DNA of 64,000 nt from Gammaproteobacteria bacterium TMED78 (GTDB lineage Bacteria > Pseudomonadota > Gammaproteobacteria > Steroidobacterales > Rariloculaceae): the NCBI GenBank assembly GCA_002171615.1, contig NHEF01000021.1, positions 38,574-102,573 on the forward strand, given 5' to 3'. The notes under the pieces were generated by a model. The model ran no database searches. It saw only the letters and a program-made list of their open reading frames with translations, and was not told the origin of the DNA. Shown piece after piece: positions 11,020 to 19,609 of this stretch (the first letter of the stretch is position 1; each line of letters begins with the position of its first letter). Made by a program: the position numbers and the translations under genes.

Positions 11020-11121
11020 TGTAAGATTTCCCCCTATTAATTTTATAAAATCATATACTTTATTATTGGTATTATAATAACATTAGATATTAATTTAAAA
11101 AATAATTAGGCAATCTTATTT

Positions 11122-11376
11122 ATGTCTCAACAGAGAAATCCAAGATACTGGGCATCTAAGTGGTATACAACAAGGTTCGATGAAGAGCCATGGCCTGCTG
11201 GGTGGTACTGGCATGATGAAGATTATACTTGGATAGGCCCCTTTGGCTCTGAAGAAGAATCTAGAGCTAGTCTAGAAGAACACTTAAAATTAAATCCAAG
11301 GCCCGGTTACATAGGACAACCAGCTGTCATAGAAAATAAGCCTGAAGAAATTAAAAAAATTCTACCAAAAAAATAG
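11122..11376 (+). CDS. hypothetical Trp-rich small protein
   Basis: 84-aa ORF, divergent from the 11019 operon; no recognisable family and no obvious SD sequence. Confidence 0.45.
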   Translation: MSQQRNPRYWASKWYTTRFDEEPWPAGWYWHDEDYTWIGPFGSEEESRASLEEHLKLNPRPGYIGQPAVIENKPEEIKKILPKK

Positions 11377-11398
11377 CTCTAATCTACTCTATAAAAAA

Positions 11399-12004
11399 CT
11401 ATTCTATTATTCTTTCCTCTATTCTTGCCTCTTCTCCAGTTTCTGCCTCTACTGTAATCAAAAGCTTAACTTGAGGAAAAAATTTGGGCAAGTCGTACAT
11501 AATATCAAATTCTGCTCGGTTTATAGTCGCGCTAGCGTCGGCTCCACAGACTTCTACCGTAGCTCTTCTAAAATGTGGCTGACATTGGAATTTATCAATG
11601 CTTAAGTTGACAGGCTTGCTAATTCCTTGAAGTGTAAGTATCCCTTCAGCTGATGTTGGCTCTCCATTAACAAAGTCAGTTAGAGTAGCTTTATAATAAG
11701 CAACTGGAAATTCTTTTGTTTTATATACATCGGAAATAAATCTATCATTCATCGGCCCCCAGCCAAAATCAATTTCCCTCATATCTATCTCTACTTCTAT
11801 ATCACCTGTTTGATTCTCTTTATCAAAAACTATAATTCCAGAAGTTCTATTAACCTTTCCCCTCCATATAGATAGCCCCCCTTGATGATCTGCTTCAAAA
11901 GCAGGGAAGGTATGAGCATTTTGAATATAATAAGTAGATGGCTCTGCAAATAAAGCATTAAGAAATACAAAAGTAGATAACAAACAAAATAAAAATCTGA
12001 ACAT
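11399..12004 (-). CDS. YceI-like periplasmic (polyisoprenoid-binding family) protein
   Basis: 201 aa with a signal peptide; YceI-like pattern NAHTFPAFEADHQGGLSIWRGKVNRTSGIIVFD ... LTLQGISKPVNL ... INRAEFDI. Confidence 0.75.
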   Translation of the reverse strand: MFRFLFCLLSTFVFLNALFAEPSTYYIQNAHTFPAFEADHQGGLSIWRGKVNRTSGIIVFDKENQTGDIEVEIDMREIDFGWGPMNDRFISDVYKTKEFPVAYYKATLTDFVNGEPTSAEGILTLQGISKPVNLSIDKFQCQPHFRRATVEVCGADASATINRAEFDIMYDLPKFFPQVKLLITVEAETGEEARIEERIIE

Positions 12005-12074
12005 AATCTTAATCTCCCTAATAAGGTATTGATTGATTTTAGATCTATAAAGATAAAAATGCTAGCAGCAAGCT

Positions 12075-13601
12075 CTAAAAAATTTTATCTAAATGTGATT
12101 TAGGTAATTTCTTTGTACACAAGGAAATAGCAATAGTCACAATAACTGCTAAAAAGCCAGATATCGTAGCAGCAGAATATGGGCTATCAGCATAAAATTC
12201 AAACCAATCCCCTAAATATAAAACCTTTGTAAATAATTTTGTATGTATAAGGATAAATATAATAGCACCAGTCCAGAAACCAAAAATTGCTCCAATCGAT
12301 GTAATGCCTCTCCAAATACAGCCTAAAACCAAAGGCCCCATCAAGGCTGCAGTGAACCCTCCAATGCCAATCCAGGTTAGTAAAACAACATTCATACCAA
12401 TCGTAAACCAAGCTAATATTGAGGCCCCAACTAATGTTAATGCTGTAACTACCCTGCTTACGATTAATACATTTCTATCAAGAAGATCTTGACTTTTATT
12501 AGGGTGAATTATTGGAGCAATGGTTCTCCTGTAGATGTCATTAGCAAAAACTTGTGAAGTAGATATAACTAGACCATCAGCTGTTGACATAACAGCTGAA
12601 AGAATTCCAACACCAAGTAATGCCGCTAACCAAGTAGGAAATATATCGATAAATAATCTAGGTAAAGCAGAGTTAGCTCCTAGAGAAGTATACAAAAGTT
12701 CATCTCCGAACATTCCTCTAGCTAAGGCCCCTCCTAGCGTAATAGCAGGAAGAATCATACCAAAGGAAAAAGCTAAAATCAGAAACTTATTTCTACTATT
12801 CTCGTCCTTTAATGCCCACAGTTTATTCCCAATATGTGGTAAAAGCCCTAAAGGAATATGGGCTATAACTAAACTTATATAAGACCAAACAGAAGATGTT
12901 ATAGGGGAATCTGAATAAAATGAACTTACTAATTGAGGATCATCATTTCTTAACCTAACAATTAAATTTGAAAACCCATCGCTACCAACACCAAGAAGAA
13001 AAAGTACTAAAATTATAATTGCAAGAAAAACCATTAATAAGCCCTGAGCACCATCTGTAAGGATGTCAGCATGAGCACCACCAAAAGTTATATAAGCTAA
13101 AAGAACTAATGTAGTAATAATTAGAGCCCATGATTTAGGAAGTCCAAGCATCATTTCAAACATTACTAACCCAGCTACTAGCTGACCAGCTAAATAAAAT
13201 AATAAAATTAAAGAAAAAAGCGCTACTGAAACTCTTAGGAAGTTAGATTTATATCTCTCTCCTAAATACTCTGGTATTGATCTAACTCCAGATGAATTAC
13301 CAAATTTAGCGATAGTTCTCTGAGATATTAATATACCTATGTATATCCCTAGGGGGTATAAAAATGCTATCCAAAGAGTAGATAAGCCATAAGTATAAGT
13401 TAATGCTGGCATTCCCAAAAAGGTTGCCCCGCTAGCGGCAGTAGAAGCAAAAGCCAAAGCTAATAATAATGGCCCGTAGGAGCTTCTAGCTGTTGCAAAA
13501 TCATCAGCATTTATAACCCTTTTATTACCTACGATACCAATAAAAATCATAATCAAAACATAGGCGCCAAGGAATAACCAAGACCAAGTAAAAAGACTCA
13601 T
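12075..13601 (-). CDS. sodium:solute symporter family (SSF) transporter
   Basis: 508 aa, polytopic membrane protein of about 13 TM segments; N-terminal pattern GNKRVINADDFATARSSYGPLLLALAFASTAASGATFLGMP is typical of SSF/PutP/PanF-type carriers. Confidence 0.8.
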   Translation of the reverse strand: MSLFTWSWLFLGAYVLIMIFIGIVGNKRVINADDFATARSSYGPLLLALAFASTAASGATFLGMPALTYTYGLSTLWIAFLYPLGIYIGILISQRTIAKFGNSSGVRSIPEYLGERYKSNFLRVSVALFSLILLFYLAGQLVAGLVMFEMMLGLPKSWALIITTLVLLAYITFGGAHADILTDGAQGLLMVFLAIIILVLFLLGVGSDGFSNLIVRLRNDDPQLVSSFYSDSPITSSVWSYISLVIAHIPLGLLPHIGNKLWALKDENSRNKFLILAFSFGMILPAITLGGALARGMFGDELLYTSLGANSALPRLFIDIFPTWLAALLGVGILSAVMSTADGLVISTSQVFANDIYRRTIAPIIHPNKSQDLLDRNVLIVSRVVTALTLVGASILAWFTIGMNVVLLTWIGIGGFTAALMGPLVLGCIWRGITSIGAIFGFWTGAIIFILIHTKLFTKVLYLGDWFEFYADSPYSAATISGFLAVIVTIAISLCTKKLPKSHLDKIF

Positions 13602-13694
13602 ACATATCCTTTTATTAATTTTTTTAGAAATAAATTATAAATTTAGTATAAAATAACATATCTTCTTCCCATATTTTAAGAATTTAAGGAAATC

Positions 13695-14726
13695 GTGATT
13701 ATGATTAATGCAGCAATTATTGGTTTAGGTTGGTGGGGCAAAACTCTTGTAGAATCAGTTTTTGAAAATAGTAATAAGATAAAATTTACCTCAGCAGTTC
13801 ATCGTACAGCCTCTGATGATGCTAAAAGCTTCTCATCAGAATATGGTATGGACTTCTCAACAGAGCTAAAAGATGTGCTTGAAAATCCTGCTATTGATGC
13901 AATTATTTTAGCAACGCCACATTCTATGCATGTCGACCAAGTTGTTGCTTGTGCCGAAGCAGGAAAGCATGTTTTTTGTGAAAAACCCTTTGCACTTCAT
14001 AAGTCAGAAGCAGAAAGAGCAGTCAAGGCAACTCAAGAAGCAGGTGTTGTACTAGGATTAGATTTCAATAGAAGGCTCCATCCAGAAATGAAAAAGATAA
14101 AAGAGATGATAGCAGCCGAAGAATTAGGTACGATCCTTCATATTGAAGCAAATATGACATTTCCTAATGCACTATTTCTTGATAAAAAAGCCTGGAGAGC
14201 AAGTAATGAAGAGACTCCTTGTGGTGGATTAACTCCAATGGGTGTTCATGCTATTGATGGCATGATTGATCTTTGTGGTGAAATAGATGAGCTGTATTGC
14301 CAAAGTTTCAGAAGAGTCGTTGAAGTAGAATCAGACGACACAACCTCAATTCTATTTAGAATGAAAGAAGGAATGTCTGGTTATCTAGGAACAATGACAG
14401 CTACAGGCGGTGGGTTTAGTTTTCAGGTCTTTGGATCTAAGGGGTTTGTTAGACTAGAAGGGATGACACATATTGCCGGCACACCCTCTGAAGAGAGACG
14501 AAAAAAATGTTTTGGTAACTGTATTTTTAAACCAACTAAAGGACCAGCAGAAAATTGGCAGGCAGAAGAAGTTGATATTGTTAAGGCTGTTCTAGAAGAG
14601 TTTGCTGATTCGGTTATCAAAAAAGTTCCTTATTTTATTCCAGAAAATGAGATGATTCATGGTGTCGCTGTAACAGAAACAGTGGTAAAATCAGCATTAT
14701 CGCATAAGGTAGAAAAAGTTTTATAG
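13695..14726 (+). CDS. Gfo/Idh/MocA family NAD(P)-dependent oxidoreductase
   Basis: 343 aa; N-terminal Rossmann motif AAIIGLGWWG and the family motif KHVFCEKPFAL. The start may be the ATG at 13701 rather than the GTG at 13695. Confidence 0.85.
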   Translation: MIMINAAIIGLGWWGKTLVESVFENSNKIKFTSAVHRTASDDAKSFSSEYGMDFSTELKDVLENPAIDAIILATPHSMHVDQVVACAEAGKHVFCEKPFALHKSEAERAVKATQEAGVVLGLDFNRRLHPEMKKIKEMIAAEELGTILHIEANMTFPNALFLDKKAWRASNEETPCGGLTPMGVHAIDGMIDLCGEIDELYCQSFRRVVEVESDDTTSILFRMKEGMSGYLGTMTATGGGFSFQVFGSKGFVRLEGMTHIAGTPSEERRKKCFGNCIFKPTKGPAENWQAEEVDIVKAVLEEFADSVIKKVPYFIPENEMIHGVAVTETVVKSALSHKVEKVL

Positions 14727-14780
14727 TAATCTTAGGTAGAAGAAATTTTTAAAGTAATTTAATTAACAGGAGAGTAAGAA

Positions 14781-16013
14781 GTGAGAGTTGGAACACACGG
14801 AATGATGCAGGTCGACTATGAGCAAAGAATAGATATGGACCGCATGAGAAAATATAGAGAAGGTCGTATACAAAAATATATGAATGAATTTGATGTTGAT
14901 TGTCTTTTACTGTTTGAGACAGGTAACAAAAGATACTCTACCTCAACTGCAGTAGCTTCACCTCAGGTTTGTAATATGGGTCGTTATGCCATTGTACCGC
15001 GAGAAGGAAGGCCACATATTTTTGGTTTTGGATCTGAAGTTGCGGCAGAAAAACTTTATTCTCCTTGGGTTAAAGATACAACCTTCCCAGCTCATGGAAC
15101 AATGCATGGTGCTCTTCCAATGGAATGGGAGTGCTATAGAGATTTTCTTAAAGACCTAGATATGGTTCTTGATAACCATAAGATGGATAAAAAGAAAGTG
15201 AAAATAGGTGTTGATATAGCTGAAGCACAAATCATGTTAGCCATGATCAAAGAAGGCTATCAAGTTGTTGATGGACAAAATGTTATGCAACATGCAAGAT
15301 CAATAAAAAATGAAGATGAAATCATGAACATGAAGCATGGTGCTGCAATTGTTGACGGTGCATTTCATAAGATTGCTCAAACTATAGCACCAGGAATGAA
15401 AGAAAATGATCTTCAGGCAGTTGCCTCGCACGAAATGCATAGACTAGGATGCCAATGGGTTCATAATGTCCAAGTCACAACTGGAAATAGGACACATCCT
15501 CATCCTCACCTAAGCTCTGACCGTCTAATACAACCTGGAGATATGATTTTTATGGATATAGTTTGTGTATTCAATGGATATCTTACTTGTGTATATAGAT
15601 GCTTCTGCTGTGGAGAGCCTAACCAAAAGCAAAAGGATATCCATGCACAATGTCTTGAATATCAATTAGGTGGTATTGAAGCAGTTAAGCCTGGCCTTAC
15701 AACAGCTGATGTTTGTCTTGCATGGCCAACAGCTAAAACCATGGGTGCTAAAAATGAAATGGAAGTTTTTGGACTCCAGTATGGCCATGGTTTGGGAGTT
15801 GGTTTATGGGAATTTCCTATAATGTCAAGAGCCTATAGTCTTGATCACCCAGTTAACATTGAACCAGGTATGGTATTTGCCTTAGAAACTTATGCAGGCA
15901 TTGGCTTCGATGGTGTAAGACTGGAAGATGAAGTTGTTGTAACTGAAACAGGGATCGAGGTTATTACAAAATTCCCTACCGATAAACTGATCGGGTGTGG
16001 GATGTCATATTAG
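14781..16013 (+). CDS. M24 family (creatinase/Xaa-Pro peptidase fold) hydrolase with an atypical metal site
   Basis: 410 aa with pita-bread fold motifs: GDMIFMDIV (first Asp), YGHGLG (His), FALETY (Glu), VRLEDEV (Glu). The second canonical Asp position reads GYLTC (Cys). GTG start preceded by AGGAGAG. Confidence 0.8.
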   Translation: MRVGTHGMMQVDYEQRIDMDRMRKYREGRIQKYMNEFDVDCLLLFETGNKRYSTSTAVASPQVCNMGRYAIVPREGRPHIFGFGSEVAAEKLYSPWVKDTTFPAHGTMHGALPMEWECYRDFLKDLDMVLDNHKMDKKKVKIGVDIAEAQIMLAMIKEGYQVVDGQNVMQHARSIKNEDEIMNMKHGAAIVDGAFHKIAQTIAPGMKENDLQAVASHEMHRLGCQWVHNVQVTTGNRTHPHPHLSSDRLIQPGDMIFMDIVCVFNGYLTCVYRCFCCGEPNQKQKDIHAQCLEYQLGGIEAVKPGLTTADVCLAWPTAKTMGAKNEMEVFGLQYGHGLGVGLWEFPIMSRAYSLDHPVNIEPGMVFALETYAGIGFDGVRLEDEVVVTETGIEVITKFPTDKLIGCGMSY

Positions 16014-16025
16014 AGGGTTAAATTA

Positions 16026-16601
16026 ATGGCACGTATAAGATACTTAGCACCAGATGAAATTGAAGATAAAGAAGTAAGGGAATGGCTTGAGGAATCAATG
16101 GAAACAGGTCATCCTGGTCCAGAAAATCAATCTATTCGAGCGCATCAGCCAGATGTAATGCGTGCATTTACTATAAGCCGTAAGTTACTTTTTAATAAGA
16201 AAACTAATGTGGGTGTTGTTGAGACAGAGCTAAAAGAATTAATAAGATATCATATAGCTCGAAGTCTCAACTGTGAGTACTGAAGTAATCAAGGTATCGC
16301 CCGTGAGGTGAATAAAGACAAATCACATAGACTCAATCAGCTTCAAAAATATAATGATTCTGATCTATTTACTCTTCGAGAAAAAATAGCTTTACGTTAT
16401 ACAGATACCATACTATGGAATCCAGACTTAGCTGATGATGAGCTTTGGAAAGATTTACATAATGAATTTACAGAACCAGAAATTGTTGAGATCGGTTATT
16501 GGGCAGGCTTTACCTCTGGTGGCCAAAGATGGCTTCATACTCTTCACTGTAAACAAGGTGAATTAGCTGCTCACATTGAAGAAAGAAAGAAAAATAAATA
16601 G
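16026..16601 (+). CDS. carboxymuconolactone decarboxylase/AhpD-like protein interrupted by one in-frame TGA (candidate selenoprotein, alternatively a pseudogene)
   Basis: ORFs 16026-16283 and 16308-16601 are in the same frame (offset 282 nt), separated only by the TGA at 16281-16283 and 8 sense codons. The context ELIRYHIARSLNCEY-TGA-SNQG puts the TGA at the second Cys of the family CxxC motif. The combined length of about 191 aa is normal for this family. Confidence 0.6.
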
Positions 16602-16606
16602 GTGCG

Positions 16607-16945
16607 CTAATCAAGCCTAATTGAAGGATTAATCTCCTCCACATCTTCTATTAAAACTTCTTCTTCCCCTACTATAACTTCATTAAATTGATCAAAATCA
16701 ACTGTTGGTGAAGTTGGAGCTACTGAAACTGGTAATGGTGCGTCTGGAAGCTGTCTTCCTCTATCTGGAGCAAGAATAAAATCAGTAATTGTAAAATACT
16801 TTATAGGATCCTTTAAGAGAAAACGAGTAACGCCATCATGCATAAAAAGGAAAAGGGTGACAGTAATAGCTATGCCGCCAAGTGACGCAACTAAATACCT
16901 TAAAATAGATTTTTTAAAAAAAAATATAGGCTTCATGATCATCAT
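16607..16945 (-). CDS. hypothetical single-pass membrane protein with Pro-rich and acidic tail
   Basis: 112 aa; one TM segment (YLVASLGGIAITVTLFLFM), then LPDAPLPVSVAPTSPTV and an acidic C-terminus. No family recognised. Confidence 0.5.
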   Translation of the reverse strand: MMIMKPIFFFKKSILRYLVASLGGIAITVTLFLFMHDGVTRFLLKDPIKYFTITDFILAPDRGRQLPDAPLPVSVAPTSPTVDFDQFNEVIVGEEEVLIEDVEEINPSIRLD

Positions 16946-17125
16946 TATGAATTAATTTATACATCTGGTATAGCTTTTACATAAATTGTTCTAGCACTTC
17001 ATTTATTAATTATACTCTCTGATAAAAATTATAATTTATAATTTTTTATGTCATTTGTATAAAATTATATATGTTTGACTAACTGGGATATATAATAAAT
17101 TTATCACAATCATATTAGCTAAATT

Positions 17126-18283
17126 ATGAAAAATAACAGCGACTTGCTCAATATAGAATTATATCTAAACGATGATGAAATTTTAATTAGGGATAAAGTT
17201 AGAGAGTTTGTAAATAATAACGTCCTCCCAATAATCAATCATTGCTTTTCAAACCATGAATTTCCAAAAGAAATAATTAATAAATTAGGAGCGTTAGGCT
17301 TATTTGGTAGCAACCTCAAAGGCTATGGCTGTGCAGGATTAAATAATATTAGCTACGGATTAATCTGCCAGGAGCTAGAAAAGGGTGATAGCTCAATACG
17401 AAGCTTTTTTTCAGTACAAAGCTCTTTATCTATGTATGCGATTCATACTTTTGGTTCAGAAGAACAAAAAAATAGCTACCTCCCCAAAATGTCTAAGGGT
17501 GAAATAGTAGGGAGCTTTGGATTATCAGAATCCCATGGAGGCTCTGATCCAGCAAATATGAAAACTATAGCCAAAAAAGATGGTAATGATTGGATATTAA
17601 ATGGCTCAAAAAAATGGATTACAAATGGAGTCATTGCTGACATAGCGATTGTTTGGGCTATGACAGATGATGGAATAAAAGGCTTTATCGTTGAAAAGGA
17701 TATGAGTGGTTTTAGTACAAATGAGATCCAAGATAAATTTTCCCTGCGAGCTTCAACAACAGCAGAACTTTTTTTTAAAAATGTTAGAATACCAAAAAAT
17801 AATATTTTACCGCAGGCTATGGGCCTTGGAGCACCTCTCAAGTGTTTATCTCAAGCAAGATATGGAATTATCTGGGGGGCTATTGGAGCAGCACAGGCAT
17901 GCTTCAAAGAAGTTCTAGAATACTCTAAAAATAGAGAACTATTTGGGCGATCACTTGATGCTAATCAAACCATTCAAATAAGACTGGCTGAAATGGCAAG
18001 GAGGATCTCTATTGGACAGCTGTTAGCTTTTCACATTGGAAAGCTTAAAGATGCAAACACAATAGATCCAGCTCAAATATCTATAGGCAAATGGAATAAT
18101 GCAAGGGTTGCACTAGAAGTAGCTAGAGACTGCCGTGATATTTTAGGTGGAAGTGGTATTAGCATTAAATATTGTGCTATCAGACATATGCTCAACCTTG
18201 AAAGTATAATTACATACGAAGGAACTGAAACTGTACATCAATTAATCGTCGGCAAGGAATTAACTGGTATAAGTGCTTTTTAA
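17126..18283 (+). CDS. acyl-CoA dehydrogenase, glutaryl-CoA dehydrogenase-like
   Basis: 385 aa; ACAD motifs GSFGLSESHGGSDPANMKT, WITNG and YEGTETVHQLIVGKELTG. The overall pattern resembles GcdH. Confidence 0.8.
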   Translation: MKNNSDLLNIELYLNDDEILIRDKVREFVNNNVLPIINHCFSNHEFPKEIINKLGALGLFGSNLKGYGCAGLNNISYGLICQELEKGDSSIRSFFSVQSSLSMYAIHTFGSEEQKNSYLPKMSKGEIVGSFGLSESHGGSDPANMKTIAKKDGNDWILNGSKKWITNGVIADIAIVWAMTDDGIKGFIVEKDMSGFSTNEIQDKFSLRASTTAELFFKNVRIPKNNILPQAMGLGAPLKCLSQARYGIIWGAIGAAQACFKEVLEYSKNRELFGRSLDANQTIQIRLAEMARRISIGQLLAFHIGKLKDANTIDPAQISIGKWNNARVALEVARDCRDILGGSGISIKYCAIRHMLNLESIITYEGTETVHQLIVGKELTGISAF

Positions 18284-18315
18284 CCAGAGTCGTTATCAAT
18301 CATATTATCTATCGC

Positions 18316-18372
18316 ATCTAGGATTCTAGTATTAGTCACAAGAAAATCTTGAGAAATGCTTGAATCCTAGAT
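18316..18372. repeat. perfect 11-bp inverted repeat with 35-nt spacer between convergent genes
   Basis: ATCTAGGATTC (18316-18326) and GAATCCTAGAT (18362-18372), in the 120-nt gap between the acyl-CoA dehydrogenase (+) and hydrolase (-) 3' ends. Confidence 0.6.
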
Positions 18373-18403
18373 ACATATAAAGAAATAATTTTTATGCTTA
18401 ATT

Positions 18404-19588
18404 TTAGAGGATATTCTCTTCTAACCAACTATGAATATACTCTGCTATTTCCTTGCTATTCAACTCAAGCATCATCATGTGACCATTACCTGGAAGACCA
18501 ACTTCCTCCATTCTTACATATTCGGTATCAACACCAGCTTGATTCAACCAATTAGCTAAGCAATGATCAAAAATCCTATGATAACTTCCCTCTCCATTCA
18601 TAAAAAGCACTGGAATATCTGTAAGATTCACAAGCTGTCTTGCAGGTTCAGTTTGTTGATAACAAGGAACTAAATCCTGACCTTCAGCTTGGCTTTGTAA
18701 CTCAACAGATAGCTCAGATGGCTCACTAATTGGAGGATCATAAGTAATAGGTGTATTTCCTACTCCCCATGAAAGACCGCCTGACTCTCTATAACTAACA
18801 TTTGTTGTATCAACACCTCTTATTGGAGGAGCTGCAGGCTCAATAGTCACAATAGTCTCAACTAAATCAGGTCTTTCATCGGCAATATTCCAACCGAACC
18901 ACCCGCCTTGCGAATGTGTTAGAAGAATAACTGGTGTATTAATCATATCCAATAAGGCAATATTAGCAGCAATAGCCAAGTCTGCCTGCTCTCCGTAACC
19001 AGTAACATACTGGACTTGTGTTTTAGTAAATTTATCCATGATTGGATCGCCCATCAATCCAGATCCGGGCCACTGAGTTTGTTTTGGTGCTTGAGGATAG
19101 TCAGCTTCAGTTGCAGTAGCTGTAAATATTCTCTCAAGTAATGGTCCTGTTCTTGCACCTAAATCACTATTCACGCCTGGTATATATTGAGAACGCCCGC
19201 GAGTTGGATAATCCTGAACATATACTACATAGCCCATTTCAAGAAAATCATAAGCCCAGCCAGGCCTTCCATCTGGTGTTTGTAAGTAATCAACACCAGT
19301 TTGTCCATTTCCATGAAGAAATACAACTGGATAAGGATGTAAAATCTCATTGGGAACCATTACTTCAACATACATTGAGTTGGCCATAGTTTCACTACCT
19401 TCTTCTCCAACATAATCTCCGCCTACATAGAAAAATCCTCTTTGGGCAATATTCTCAGATGAGACCATGGGTATTCCATCGTTAGGGGTAGCGACAGATT
19501 GATCTTGAACATCCATCTGAGCACAAGCAGATAGCAAAAAGACAGCTCCCACTAAAGAAATTATAGAATTAAATTTAAATGTTTTCAT
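18404..19588 (-). CDS. alpha/beta hydrolase lipoprotein
   Basis: 394 aa; lipobox FLLSAC; nucleophile-elbow-like LLTHSQGGWFG; a late His (GNGHMMMLE) is consistent with an alpha/beta hydrolase triad. Last gene of the 24005-18404 operon. Confidence 0.75.
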   Translation of the reverse strand: MKTFKFNSIISLVGAVFLLSACAQMDVQDQSVATPNDGIPMVSSENIAQRGFFYVGGDYVGEEGSETMANSMYVEVMVPNEILHPYPVVFLHGNGQTGVDYLQTPDGRPGWAYDFLEMGYVVYVQDYPTRGRSQYIPGVNSDLGARTGPLLERIFTATATEADYPQAPKQTQWPGSGLMGDPIMDKFTKTQVQYVTGYGEQADLAIAANIALLDMINTPVILLTHSQGGWFGWNIADERPDLVETIVTIEPAAPPIRGVDTTNVSYRESGGLSWGVGNTPITYDPPISEPSELSVELQSQAEGQDLVPCYQQTEPARQLVNLTDIPVLFMNGEGSYHRIFDHCLANWLNQAGVDTEYVRMEEVGLPGNGHMMMLELNSKEIAEYIHSWLEENIL

Positions 19589-19609
19589 ACTTTCACTCTC
19601 CTTAAAAAA

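Noticed and set aside
11030-11110. Possible Fur-like AT-rich hexamers upstream of the 11019 operon
   Set aside because: There are only scattered ATAAT/ATCAT hexamers without the central AATGAT-ATCATT dyad, which cannot be distinguished from the AT-rich background.
12535-12882. 115-aa plus-strand ORF, together with similar track ORFs at 12199-12411, 12304-12492, 17476-17841, 17706-17918, 20273-20482 and 20491-20787
   Set aside because: All are embedded in or antisense to strong protein-coding genes (the SSF transporter, the acyl-CoA dehydrogenase and the NHL protein). None shows a recognisable motif.
16284-16345. Search for a SECIS hairpin after the in-frame TGA
   Set aside because: I found only weak pairings: GUGA/UCAC (4 bp with an 11-nt loop) and a distant AAUCA/UGAUU. 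I therefore do not annotate a SECIS element, and the selenoprotein call stays a hypothesis.
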